Source: a virus (Duplodnaviria > Caudoviricetes). From it: 24,905 nt of DNA. The notes under the pieces are model-generated. The model saw only the letters and a program-made list of their open reading frames with translations. It ran no database searches and was not told the origin of the DNA. Location: the IMG/VR virus record IMGVR_UViG_3300045241_000035, positions 1-24,905 of that record; one strand, 5' to 3'. Positions 17,456-24,895 of this stretch are shown here, piece by piece. Both the position numbers and the translations under genes were made by a program. The stretch's first letter is position 1, and each line of letters begins with the position of its first letter.

Positions 17456-17464
17456 CGCGTCGCT

Positions 17465-18034
17465 TCACTTTGACGGTGCTGGGTGTGCCCCGCTTGGAAC
17501 ACCGACCACAATCCAGCCAGTTGTTGGTGTCCACGCCACCTTCCAGTCGATCGGGATCGGTGAGCCGCCATTCGGAGGCGGAATTTCCGGCGGCAGATTC
17601 GGCGGCAACACAATCGGATGCTCCGGCTTTGGCTGCGGCTTGACGCCGGGCCCCATCCCGCCACCCCAGAATCCCGGCGGCATGTCAGGTGGACCCCAGA
17701 TGCCGAGTGGCGGCGGCGAACCGGGCGGCGGGAAGTAGATCGGATGCTCCGGATGCGGCTGCGGCTTCACGCCCGGACCCATGCCACCACCCCAGAATCC
17801 GGGAGGCATATCCGGCGGACCCCAGATGCCAAGTGGCGGTTGCGGCTGCCCAGGCGGCTGCGGCGGCTGCGGACCGTAAATCGGATGCGACGGCCACGGC
17901 CCACCGGCAATCGGATGCGCCGGATAAACCGGCGGCTGCGGAGCGCCACCAGGACCACCCGGCATCGGTCCACCACCAACACCAACGTCGGTGTAGAACA
18001 TGACGCCTTGAATCGTAATTGGAATAGATGCCAT
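17465..18034 (-). CDS. Proline/glycine-rich repeat protein (189 aa)
   Basis: AAGGAG RBS; four PxHPI motifs; duplicated 34-aa block; W-rich C-terminal segment. Confidence 0.8.
   Translation of the reverse strand: MASIPITIQGVMFYTDVGVGGGPMPGGPGGAPQPPVYPAHPIAGGPWPSHPIYGPQPPQPPGQPQPPLGIWGPPDMPPGFWGGGMGPGVKPQPHPEHPIYFPPPGSPPPLGIWGPPDMPPGFWGGGMGPGVKPQPKPEHPIVLPPNLPPEIPPPNGGSPIPIDWKVAWTPTTGWIVVGVPSGAHPAPSK
17612..17839 (-). repeat. Intragenic duplication (17738-17839 and 17612-17713) encoding PPLGIWGPPDMPPGFWGGGMGPGVKPQP(H/K)PEHPI
   Basis: 33 of 34 aa identical, with many synonymous differences. Confidence 0.9.
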
Positions 18035-18077
18035 TTAAGTTCTCCTTTGTTTCGAGGCTTCTTCGTCTAGAACCTTC

Positions 18078-18338
18078 TTATGGAGCTTTCTGTCCGCCGT
18101 ACTCCTGCTCGATGTTGCCGGCGATCTCTGTAGTCGCAGCCTTGACGGCCCACATTGCCGCTTCCTCGTAAGCGGTCTGAGCCAAAGCGGCTAATCTGGC
18201 ATCCTTGTGTTTCAAATCCTCGCACAGGTCGATTAGGTCAGCGCTGTAACGCTTGATCTTGTCGACCATCACATTGCCGCTCGGATTGAAGCTCTCACGA
18301 ACCCTGTTTGCGCCCAGGCTCATTCCATCCTTGCTCAT
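18078..18338 (-). CDS. Acb2/Tad1-like helical hairpin protein (candidate nucleotide-signal sponge) (86 aa)
   Basis: VDKIK..SADLIDL...RLAALAQTAYEEAAMWAVKAA resembles the R-x-x-(S/A)-L-A-x-T-x-x-E-E-A-x-M-W hairpin of this family; AAGGAG RBS. Confidence 0.65.
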   Translation of the reverse strand: MSKDGMSLGANRVRESFNPSGNVMVDKIKRYSADLIDLCEDLKHKDARLAALAQTAYEEAAMWAVKAATTEIAGNIEQEYGGQKAP

Positions 18339-18580
18339 TAGAACTTCTCCTTAGAGAAACTTGCGTGCCCGTTCCAGCGCTGCGCCGTAAGTATGCGGCG
18401 CAGGCATTGAGATCTCGCCATAGTGTGGCGGGTTAGTAAACTCCACGCCCTTCTCCTCGATATAAGCGCCGTACACACACCCTCCCGAAAGCCACTCATA
18501 GGCAGTTGACGGATCTTTGGTTTCGAGCCAGCTGACGAGCTCCTGCACTGAGACATCGTGAAACATCAGAACTTCTCCTT
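18336..18580. repeat. 17-bp imperfect direct repeat cat(t/c)agaacttctcctt at 18336-18352 and 18564-18580
   Basis: 16 of 17 identical; reads AAGGAGAAGTTCT(A/G)ATG on the minus strand. Confidence 0.85.
18351..18566 (-). CDS. Hypothetical protein (71 aa)
   Basis: AAGGAG RBS; TGATG overlap with terminase stop. Confidence 0.7.
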   Translation of the reverse strand: MFHDVSVQELVSWLETKDPSTAYEWLSGGCVYGAYIEEKGVEFTNPPHYGEISMPAPHTYGAALERARKFL

Positions 18581-20362
18581 CCGTTCGCGTGCCTTTCTGT
18601 TGATCATACTCATGTGCTGCGTAAACGCGAATGACAGCATGGTCTCTGGGTTGGCCGGCGGCCGCTTGCCCTTGACCGAGTCAAAGGTCAGCTTGCGCGC
18701 CACCAGCATCGAGCGCCGCCACTCGATCCAGGCATGATGCGCCAGCACCAGCGCTGAGACCAGATCGTCGTTCTCGCCAGTGTCGGGGCCGGCGCCGATC
18801 CAGCCCTCGTCTTCGACGATCGACTGCATCTGCGCCATCAGCGCTGGCGATCGTATTTCCAAGCGGCGTAGCATCAGGCTGTCGCGCAATTCCGAGTAGA
18901 CCTGCCGCTTGTTGTCGACGTTGGCTTTCCAGGCGATGACGTTGCCGGCGCCACCCAGCGTGTCGGGTCGCTTGTATAGGAACCAGCGCACGGCGCCGAT
19001 CATGTCGAGGATCTTGCCGCTGCCGGGATCGCCCTGCAGGATGCCGCGTTCAGCCAGCTGGCGTAAGTTTCGCACCTCGGGCAGCACCGCCGCGCCGACC
19101 CCGGTCACCTCAAGATTGGCGATGTGGTCGCGATAGGCGCCAGCGAGGTGGCACAGCACCCAGGCCAGCTGGTAGGTCAGCGGTTTATTGGTGCGGAATT
19201 CCGCCACCTGAACCACGCAGTCGGCGTAACATCTGAGCACCTGGATGGCGTGATCGTCGCTGTCGCCGCCACCACCGCCGCTCGGATCGACTCCGATGCA
19301 GTAGACGCCGTCTGGCTCGGGCGGCTCCCACACCTTGAGCATGGCCTCGTCACGGTCAGTCGTCTGTTCGATGCGTGAGGCTAGAAAGCTCTCGTCGAAA
19401 ATGTAGCGGTAGCCTTTGTAGGGCGGCCCAGTAGGCGAGAGCTGCTCGGATATTTCCAAGGTCCGCTGCGCCGGAAAGAAGCCGCTCCCGCTGGCGATAA
19501 AGCATTCCCGCTCGTGCCAGGGGTAGTGGCGCAGCATGTACTCCTCGGCGCGGTATTCGTTCTCCCGTCTCCACCATGCGACCTGCTCCGGTTTGACGAC
19601 GATGTCGTAGGTTTGTTTGACGTAGCGGGCGCGCTGCAGCTCGTCGTCGCTTAAGCGGCCGTCCCAGTAGATCTTGTAGTCGGGATCGGACTTGTGGATG
19701 GCGTAGGTCGGATTGGCCCAGAACCCAATGAAGATGAACCTCATATGCCGGTCTTGCTTGGCCTGCTGGCAGAAGTTGTAGTACCAGTTGAAACCGTTGG
19801 CGATGCTTTCCCAGATGTACAGCCGATTCGGATTCTCGCGCGCGAGCGATGCTTTGAGCGATTCTACTCCCGCCAGAGATTTCCACTGAGCGCATTCAGT
19901 TGCGTGAACCATGTTGAGGGCACGTGAAGCCCCCAGGTCAGGGTTGGAGCCAGCTGCAAGAAGGTCGATAACGCTCCGGTTTGCAAAAGCCATTCCAGTT
20001 CGGTTGTTCTGAACAAGTTTGTGTGCGGGGGATCGCCACTCTGGAGGGAGCGTTTCCAAGAGCGAAGCAAAGATTCGACGTAGACGTTCAAGATTATCTG
20101 TGCGATCGGCGATGATGGCGCCCTGAACTCCGGGATTTGCCAGCGCCCAAAATAATTCGACGACGGAGCAAACCGTGGTGATGGCGACCTGTCGGCACTT
20201 GAGCACGACGAATTCATGGACGCCCTCGTTCAGTCCCTTGGCCACCGCGTCGATCACGAGCCGCTGCGATGGCCACGGGTCGACCCGGCAGCGGCCCTGC
20301 TCCTTGGTGTCCAGCTCAACGCTGGTGAGAAGGTCGTAGATACCCTGTCGGACGGTTGGCAT
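18566..20362 (-). CDS. terL: Terminase large subunit (598 aa)
   Basis: PWPSQ adenine-binding motif, VLKCRQVAITT (Walker A region), HATECAQW (Walker B region), ESIANG, RNase H-like IGVDPSGG...DD and NDDLVSA. Confidence 0.93.
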   Translation of the reverse strand: MPTVRQGIYDLLTSVELDTKEQGRCRVDPWPSQRLVIDAVAKGLNEGVHEFVVLKCRQVAITTVCSVVELFWALANPGVQGAIIADRTDNLERLRRIFASLLETLPPEWRSPAHKLVQNNRTGMAFANRSVIDLLAAGSNPDLGASRALNMVHATECAQWKSLAGVESLKASLARENPNRLYIWESIANGFNWYYNFCQQAKQDRHMRFIFIGFWANPTYAIHKSDPDYKIYWDGRLSDDELQRARYVKQTYDIVVKPEQVAWWRRENEYRAEEYMLRHYPWHERECFIASGSGFFPAQRTLEISEQLSPTGPPYKGYRYIFDESFLASRIEQTTDRDEAMLKVWEPPEPDGVYCIGVDPSGGGGGDSDDHAIQVLRCYADCVVQVAEFRTNKPLTYQLAWVLCHLAGAYRDHIANLEVTGVGAAVLPEVRNLRQLAERGILQGDPGSGKILDMIGAVRWFLYKRPDTLGGAGNVIAWKANVDNKRQVYSELRDSLMLRRLEIRSPALMAQMQSIVEDEGWIGAGPDTGENDDLVSALVLAHHAWIEWRRSMLVARKLTFDSVKGKRPPANPETMLSFAFTQHMSMINRKARERKEKF

Positions 20363-20612
20363 CGGCGCTCCGGTTTAGCGGCTGCACCGAAGTACCATAG
20401 ACATTGCCGTCGCGTCGATGCCAGCGCCCGCTCATGTATTGCGGCTGGGGGGTGTAGGTCCGGGGGCGCAAAGCGGTGGCCCACTGCCGGTTGGCGATGC
20501 GCAACTGCTCGTTCTCCCGCGTCAGGAACTCGATCTTACTCAGCAACCATGGTTCGTACATCACCAGCTCCTTGTCATCGATGGTAGCCTCCGCTATATC
20601 AGCCTCCTCCAC
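20316..20612 (-). CDS. Hypothetical protein with short coiled coil (98 aa); start uncertain
   Basis: KIEFLTRENEQLR heptad; overlaps terL start. Confidence 0.5.
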   Translation of the reverse strand: MEEADIAEATIDDKELVMYEPWLLSKIEFLTRENEQLRIANRQWATALRPRTYTPQPQYMSGRWHRRDGNVYGTSVQPLNRSADANRPTGYLRPSHQR

Positions 20613-20646
20613 TATGAATTGGGTTGCTTACGGCCGCCGGTCTGCC

Positions 20647-20910
20647 TCACAGCTGGCGGCCGCTTTTTGTTTCAACGTTTTCTGCAGCCGCAGTGTCGTA
20701 GCCTTCAGACATCAGCTTCATAAATTCGCTCTTCGACATTGCCGCTTGCAGCGACCTGACCGTCACCTTGAGTAGAACTAGAATGATGGTTTCGCCGGAT
20801 TCGATCTCGGCCGCTTGGCAGATCTGATCGCAATCCCGGCACCAGCGGTGCAGCTTGTTGGTGAAGTGATATTCGAGGTCACGGTACATCTGGATTTTTT
20901 CGGGTGTCAT
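20647..20910 (-). CDS. Hypothetical protein (87 aa from ATG 20910)
   Basis: GGAG RBS before MTPEKIQ. Confidence 0.65.
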   Translation of the reverse strand: MTPEKIQMYRDLEYHFTNKLHRWCRDCDQICQAAEIESGETIILVLLKVTVRSLQAAMSKSEFMKLMSEGYDTAAAENVETKSGRQL

Positions 20911-21055
20911 TTGAGTTCTCCATTCGTTCGGGTTTGCCACAATTTTGTCTAGATTTTTTTTGGAATTTTTTGAGAAATTTGGGGGTGTAGACCGGCTCAT
21001 CCTGCTTGTGGCCGCGATAGCGGGTGTACCACCCCCATGGTTTACGTGGCTTCAT
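20879..21055 (-). CDS. Possible small basic protein (58 aa, MKPRKPWGWY...)
   Basis: ATGA coupling and AGGAG RBS, but it runs through an A-tract region. Confidence 0.35.
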   Translation of the reverse strand: MKPRKPWGWYTRYRGHKQDEPVYTPKFLKKFQKKSRQNCGKPERMENSNDTRKNPDVP

Positions 21056-21234
21056 TTGGCGTTCTCCTGATCCACTCCTGCTCGCAGCAGGATGAAGCCG
21101 GCATCGCGCGCTAAGCCCCAAGCTCGCTTGCGGCTTGTTTCACTTAGGCCGCCGTCCCAGCCCTCGTCAGCGAGCAGGATGATCTTCAATGCGGCAACCA
21201 GCTCCATGATTTCGCGAATATCTTCATTGGTCAT
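21052..21234 (-). CDS. Hypothetical protein (60 aa, MTNEDIREIMEL...)
   Basis: GGAGG RBS; ATGA overlaps on both sides. Confidence 0.65.
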   Translation of the reverse strand: MTNEDIREIMELVAALKIILLADEGWDGGLSETSRKRAWGLARDAGFILLRAGVDQENAK

Positions 21235-21467
21235 TTGACACCTCCGAGTGCGGTGCGGGCGGCTGCTGCCGCTGGTGACTTGGGGTCGTGCCACTCGATC
21301 TCTCGCAGCGTCGTCTCCAGCATCTCGATGCGGTTTAGAAATTTGGCTCTCACCGATGCATCAATACGAGAGAGGCTTTCCAACGCCTCGATGCGAGCAG
21401 CCTGTTGACGACATCGCTCTTCGAGCATCGTAATTTCTGACATGGCGTTAGTCAGTGGATGGTTCAT
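21231..21467 (-). CDS. Small coiled-coil protein (78 aa from ATG 21467)
   Basis: GGAG RBS; heptads RIEALE/RIEMLE; ARTALGG ending. Confidence 0.7.
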   Translation of the reverse strand: MNHPLTNAMSEITMLEERCRQQAARIEALESLSRIDASVRAKFLNRIEMLETTLREIEWHDPKSPAAAAARTALGGVK

Positions 21468-21488
21468 TTTTCTCTCCACTTGTTGGGG

Positions 21489-21611
21489 TTAACGAAATAT
21501 TAGCCACAGGATCACCGCCCACATCGGTACCGAGACGATGGTGCCGATGATGATGCCGCGAAAGGCACGATGGCCGTCGTAGTCATCGGGCTCTCGTGGT
21601 GGCTCGGTCAT
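21489..21611 (-). CDS. Small single-pass membrane protein (40 aa, MTEPPREPDD...)
   Basis: GIIIGTIVSVPMWAVILWLIF hydrophobic segment; ATG 10 nt after upstream stop. Confidence 0.6.
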   Translation of the reverse strand: MTEPPREPDDYDGHRAFRGIIIGTIVSVPMWAVILWLIFR

Positions 21612-21621
21612 GCGGCTCTTT

Positions 21622-21897
21622 TTAGTCGTGCCCCGACACCATCGCCGGGCAGTCGCAGCGATACTCCGCACACGGTCCACGGTTGTATTCCCAAGCATCG
21701 TTGTGGTGCATCGAGCCGCTATGTTGGCAGCGCGTGCACCGGGGATACAGCATCCTCGCGCGAAATCGTTCTTCAGCTACAACGGTCGCCACCCGGCTCA
21801 CGGAGATGTTGTACTTCTCGGCGAGAGCCTTGCGAGCTTCACCCCATTCGTGAGCTGTGCGGATCTCAAGATCACGTTGCCGATTAAGACGCGTCAC
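21622..21897 (-). CDS. Helix-turn-helix protein (Mor-like HTH) with C-terminal Cys/His cluster (91 aa, GTG start)
   Basis: RDLEIR...GEARKALAEKYNISVSRVATVV HTH pattern; CTRCQH...H...C....CDC; GTGA overlap with upstream stop. Confidence 0.6.
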   Translation of the reverse strand: MTRLNRQRDLEIRTAHEWGEARKALAEKYNISVSRVATVVAEERFRARMLYPRCTRCQHSGSMHHNDAWEYNRGPCAEYRCDCPAMVSGHD

Positions 21898-22100
21898 GCC
21901 GCTATCCTCCACTTGATCTCGCAGCCACACCCGCAGGCCGCACACACGGTGTTGCCGTCGAGCATCTCCACGATACGCCAGTCTTGGGTAACGCCGTTCC
22001 AAGCGGCGAACGCTTCGGTGCGCACGTCGCTGGAGCCGCAATTGCTGCAGGCTGGAATGGCTTTGCGGTTGGGTAGTTCAGTGAGGTTTGGCGGTTTCAT
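21894..22100 (-). CDS. Small zinc-ribbon protein (68 aa from ATG 22100)
   Basis: CSNCGSSDV...AAWN...W...CAACG; GGAG RBS. Confidence 0.7.
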   Translation of the reverse strand: MKPPNLTELPNRKAIPACSNCGSSDVRTEAFAAWNGVTQDWRIVEMLDGNTVCAACGCGCEIKWRIAA

Positions 22101-22120
22101 TTTTCTGTCTCCACTTGTGT

Positions 22121-22204
22121 AATGTATTTCTTGTTGCCGTGTAGTTGTCAAGGTGAAAAACTTGGCAAGGTTGAATTGCCTAATGAAAAAACCGGGACTA
22201 ACTT
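22121..22204. promoter_or_regulatory. Divergent sigma70-like promoter region
   Basis: AT-rich gap between divergent units; minus strand TTGACA at 22151-22146 with weak or oddly spaced -10 (TACATT at 19 nt); plus strand TTGCCT(22176)-N17-TAACTT(22199). Confidence 0.5.
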
Positions 22205-22232
22205 GCCGCTGACGAGAGATGGAGGAATGGCC

Positions 22233-22985
22233 ATGGGATCAGTAACTGACGGTCCGACCGTCCAAGATGCGCAGGCCATCACCAATGCCCAGAGCGCTGG
22301 CGGGTTTGGCCCCCAGCAACCCGGCGGTTTTGTCGGAGGTGGCGGCTTCGCTCCACAGCAGCCGATCGGCGACATGCAGGCTTCGCTCGGCAACCTCGCG
22401 AGTGCATTCTTCGCGCCAGCGCAGCCGCAGTTCGCGCCGCAGCAGTTCGCGCCGCAGCCCACCCCGTCCTTTGGTGGTGGCGGCGGCAAGGGCGCTAACG
22501 ATTGGGGCGGCGGCGGTATGGGCTTTGGCGGTGACGCCGGATTCGGTGGCGTCGGCTTTGGTGCTCCAGGTGGTGCTCCTTCCGGTGCTCCTTCCGGTGC
22601 TCCTTCCGGAGCTCCTTCCGGAGCTCCTTCCGGAGCTCCTCCAGGTGCTCCTCCAGGTGCTCCTCCAGGCGATCCCAGCTCTCCAGACGGCGTCTTCGGC
22701 GGTGGCACTACGGGAATTAGCGGCGTTGCCCCCGGCAGCACCAGCCCTGCGGCGGGCGGTCTTGGCCTCTCCAGCGGTATGGCGCCAGGATGGGGCGGAT
22801 TCGGTAATAGCCCGGGGTTCGGTGACACCGCTGGGTTCAGCGGAACCGGCACCCCATCCGGAATGGGCATTAGCACCGGTATGGGCCCAGGATTTGGTGG
22901 ATTCGGCAATAGCCCCGGTGATACTGGCGCACTCGGCGGTCAAGGCGGCGACGGTGGCGGCGGCGGCGGAGGCGGCGGCAAGTAA
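22233..22985 (+). CDS. Glycine-rich low-complexity protein 1 (~250 aa)
   Basis: GGAGG RBS at 22221-22225; GAPS/GAPP repeats; ends GGDGGGGGGGGGK. Confidence 0.75.
   Translation: MGSVTDGPTVQDAQAITNAQSAGGFGPQQPGGFVGGGGFAPQQPIGDMQASLGNLASAFFAPAQPQFAPQQFAPQPTPSFGGGGGKGANDWGGGGMGFGGDAGFGGVGFGAPGGAPSGAPSGAPSGAPSGAPSGAPPGAPPGAPPGDPSSPDGVFGGGTTGISGVAPGSTSPAAGGLGLSSGMAPGWGGFGNSPGFGDTAGFSGTGTPSGMGISTGMGPGFGGFGNSPGDTGALGGQGGDGGGGGGGGGK
22572..22667 (+). repeat. 12-bp tandem repeat x8, gg(t/a)gctcct(tcc/cca), encoding (GAPS)5(GAPP)3
   Basis: Read directly from sequence. Confidence 0.95.
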
Positions 22986-23577
22986 GGCTTAGTCATGGGC
23001 GGTTCAGGTTCCGCGACTGATGGCGGGTTTGGCTCGGGCTCTGCCGGGTTTGGTTTAGGCCCTGCACTTGGGTTCGCTCCCAGCGATTCCGTTAGTCCGA
23101 ACTATGGCGGTTTCGGCTTAGCTGGGCAGACCGGTGGATTTGCTCCAAGTTTGGGTAATCTGAGCGGTGGCATCGCCGGGATTTTTGGCGGTCCAGGCTC
23201 CAGCGCTCCCGCAACTGTTGGCGGTAACGTTGGTCAGATCGGCGGCGGTTTGGGCATTGGTGGTCCTGGCGTGGTTGGCGGCGCTCTGGGACCTGGATTC
23301 GGCTATGGCGTCGCGGGCGGCTACGGCCAACAGGCCGGGACACCTAGCCCGTCGATAGGTGCGCCCGGTCAGGGCGTCGATGGTTTCGGTGTTGGTGCGA
23401 CCGGCGTCTTGGGCGCGCCCGGAGGTGATTTCGGCGGCTACGGCTACGGTGGCTTAGGCGATTTTGGCGGCGGCTCCACCGGCTTCGGCCCCGGCTTCGG
23501 CCCTGGTCCTGGTAGCGATGGTGGTGATGGTGGTGGCGGCGGTGGCGGCGGTGGCAAGTAAGGCTTAGTCATGGGCG
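22977..23577 (+). repeat. 25-bp exact direct repeat ggcaagtaaggcttagtcatgggcg at 22977-23001 and 23553-23577
   Basis: Read directly; spans stop codon, spacer and next ATG. Confidence 0.92.
22995..23561 (+). CDS. Glycine-rich low-complexity protein 2 (188 aa), paralogue of protein 1
   Basis: MGGSGSATDG start similar to MGSVTDG; identical GGDGGGGGGGGGK end. Confidence 0.75.
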   Translation: MGGSGSATDGGFGSGSAGFGLGPALGFAPSDSVSPNYGGFGLAGQTGGFAPSLGNLSGGIAGIFGGPGSSAPATVGGNVGQIGGGLGIGGPGVVGGALGPGFGYGVAGGYGQQAGTPSPSIGAPGQGVDGFGVGATGVLGAPGGDFGGYGYGGLGDFGGGSTGFGPGFGPGPGSDGGDGGGGGGGGGK

Positions 23578-23614
23578 TCAGGATCGCCTGAAAATCCGAT
23601 GGAGGAGAACGAGC

Positions 23615-24544
23615 ATGGCGACGGATACCAGCAAGATCACTGGCGCTGCCGATGAACTGTCCGCAGGTCTCGCCAAGGGCGGCACGGCCGCCAAGACACT
23701 TGGCGCAGAAATCGCCAACGCCATCAAAGCGCTCGACAGCCGGGTCACAGCGCTGGAAAGCGCTGAGCCGGTGCCGGTGCCGCCTAACCCAAATCCAGAA
23801 CCGCCGCCGTCCGGCGAGTTCGATATTCCGCTGAGCTATAACGATCCGATGTTCACCAACATGACCACGGTGCCCAACCTGAACCCTAAACCGTCGGTGG
23901 ACTTGCGGAAGGGCGATGTGAAGTCGCATCTCACGATCACTGGCAACGATGGCTGCATTGTTTTCTGTGACAGCGGTGGCACCTCTCAGCTGTCTTACTG
24001 CCGGATCACCTCGGACGTCGGCTGTGATGCCGATATTCTGGTGCGGAAATCCAACGGCGCCAACCACCTCATTGTCGATCACTGCTTTCTCGACAACAAC
24101 CGGCCGACCAATCCGAGCGGCACCCATGTCGATGGCGTTCAACTACAAGATCTACCAAACAGCGGTACGCCACCTTCGACTTTTGAGTTTAACCACAGCA
24201 TGCTGGTATTCGGCGGCACCAATGTCACGGCGGGAATATTCTGTGCCGACTACTGGTACGGCACCATCAATATTACAAACAGTGTTTTCCAAGCGTGGGT
24301 TGGCCCCGGCGTCAGAATTCACTCCGATAAGTCAGGCGACGTTCATCTGAATTTCAAGAATGTGTTCTTTGATCCCCGTGGTAGTGGCGGCGGTGGCTAC
24401 ATGAGGAATGAGGGCGGCAAACTCATCATTATCGACAGTTGGGATAATGTCCGCTACTGCACCGTCAACAATGGCGTGCTGACGCTCGGCGCCGCGATTG
24501 CGAAACCAACGCCTGCGCAACTCGCTGCTGGATTCGGTTTCTAA
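23615..24544 (+). CDS. Right-handed beta-helix (pectin-lyase-like) protein, putative depolymerase/receptor-binding protein (309 aa)
   Basis: GGAGG RBS; N-terminal coiled coil (LDSRVTALE), Pro linker, Asn/Cys-ladder strands (IVDHCF, INITNSVF, FKNVFF) and HVDGVQ motif. Confidence 0.65.
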   Translation: MATDTSKITGAADELSAGLAKGGTAAKTLGAEIANAIKALDSRVTALESAEPVPVPPNPNPEPPPSGEFDIPLSYNDPMFTNMTTVPNLNPKPSVDLRKGDVKSHLTITGNDGCIVFCDSGGTSQLSYCRITSDVGCDADILVRKSNGANHLIVDHCFLDNNRPTNPSGTHVDGVQLQDLPNSGTPPSTFEFNHSMLVFGGTNVTAGIFCADYWYGTINITNSVFQAWVGPGVRIHSDKSGDVHLNFKNVFFDPRGSGGGGYMRNEGGKLIIIDSWDNVRYCTVNNGVLTLGAAIAKPTPAQLAAGFGF

Positions 24545-24550
24545 CAGGAA

Positions 24551-24748
24551 ATGAACTACATGTTGGACAGACTGGTTGATTGGTGGTTGCGGCGCTGCTC
24601 GCATCATGGCGAGCACGTTGCCGCAGATATTCTAGAAGGTTCTGGATCATGCGCAGTCAAATACTGCCGCAGGTGCGGAGCCGTGCGACCTGAATATTCG
24701 TCGGAGTGGCGACGCCCTCGACCATTATGGTACTCGCGGGCCCGGTGA
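24551..24748 (+). CDS. Small Cys/His protein (65 aa)
   Basis: CSHHGEH...YCRRCG; AGGA before ATG. Confidence 0.55.
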   Translation: MNYMLDRLVDWWLRRCSHHGEHVAADILEGSGSCAVKYCRRCGAVRPEYSSEWRRPRPLWYSRAR

Positions 24749-24793
24749 TGCAACGCGGCCCGCATCGAAGCGGCGCCGCGTCATGTCCTGGGG

Positions 24794-24895
24794 CTACGTC
24801 AGACTTCCTAACCACGTTAGCAAAACAACCGCGATGATGGCGAACATCGTCCAGTCGAGACTGTCATTACTGTTTTCGTCGTTCTGATCACTCAT
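24794..24895 (-). CDS. Small membrane peptide (33 aa, MSDQNDENSNDSLDWTMFAIIAVVLLTWLGSLT); may extend beyond window
   Basis: Manually translated; acidic N-terminus plus one hydrophobic helix. Confidence 0.35.
   Translation of the reverse strand: MSDQNDENSNDSLDWTMFAIIAVVLLTWLGSLT

Noticed and set aside
17612-17839. Duplicated block as diversity-generating retroelement TR/VR
   Set aside because: Differences are mostly synonymous and not adenine-specific; no reverse transcriptase in the window
22148-22992. Pro-rich minus-strand ORF and other frames over glycine-rich gene 1
   Set aside because: Mirror of Gly codons; the plus frame has the GGAGG RBS and a paralogous neighbour
22560-23577. Repeats considered as a CRISPR array
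   Set aside because: Tandem coding repeats without unique spacers; the 25-bp repeat has only two copies 576 bp apart; no cas genes
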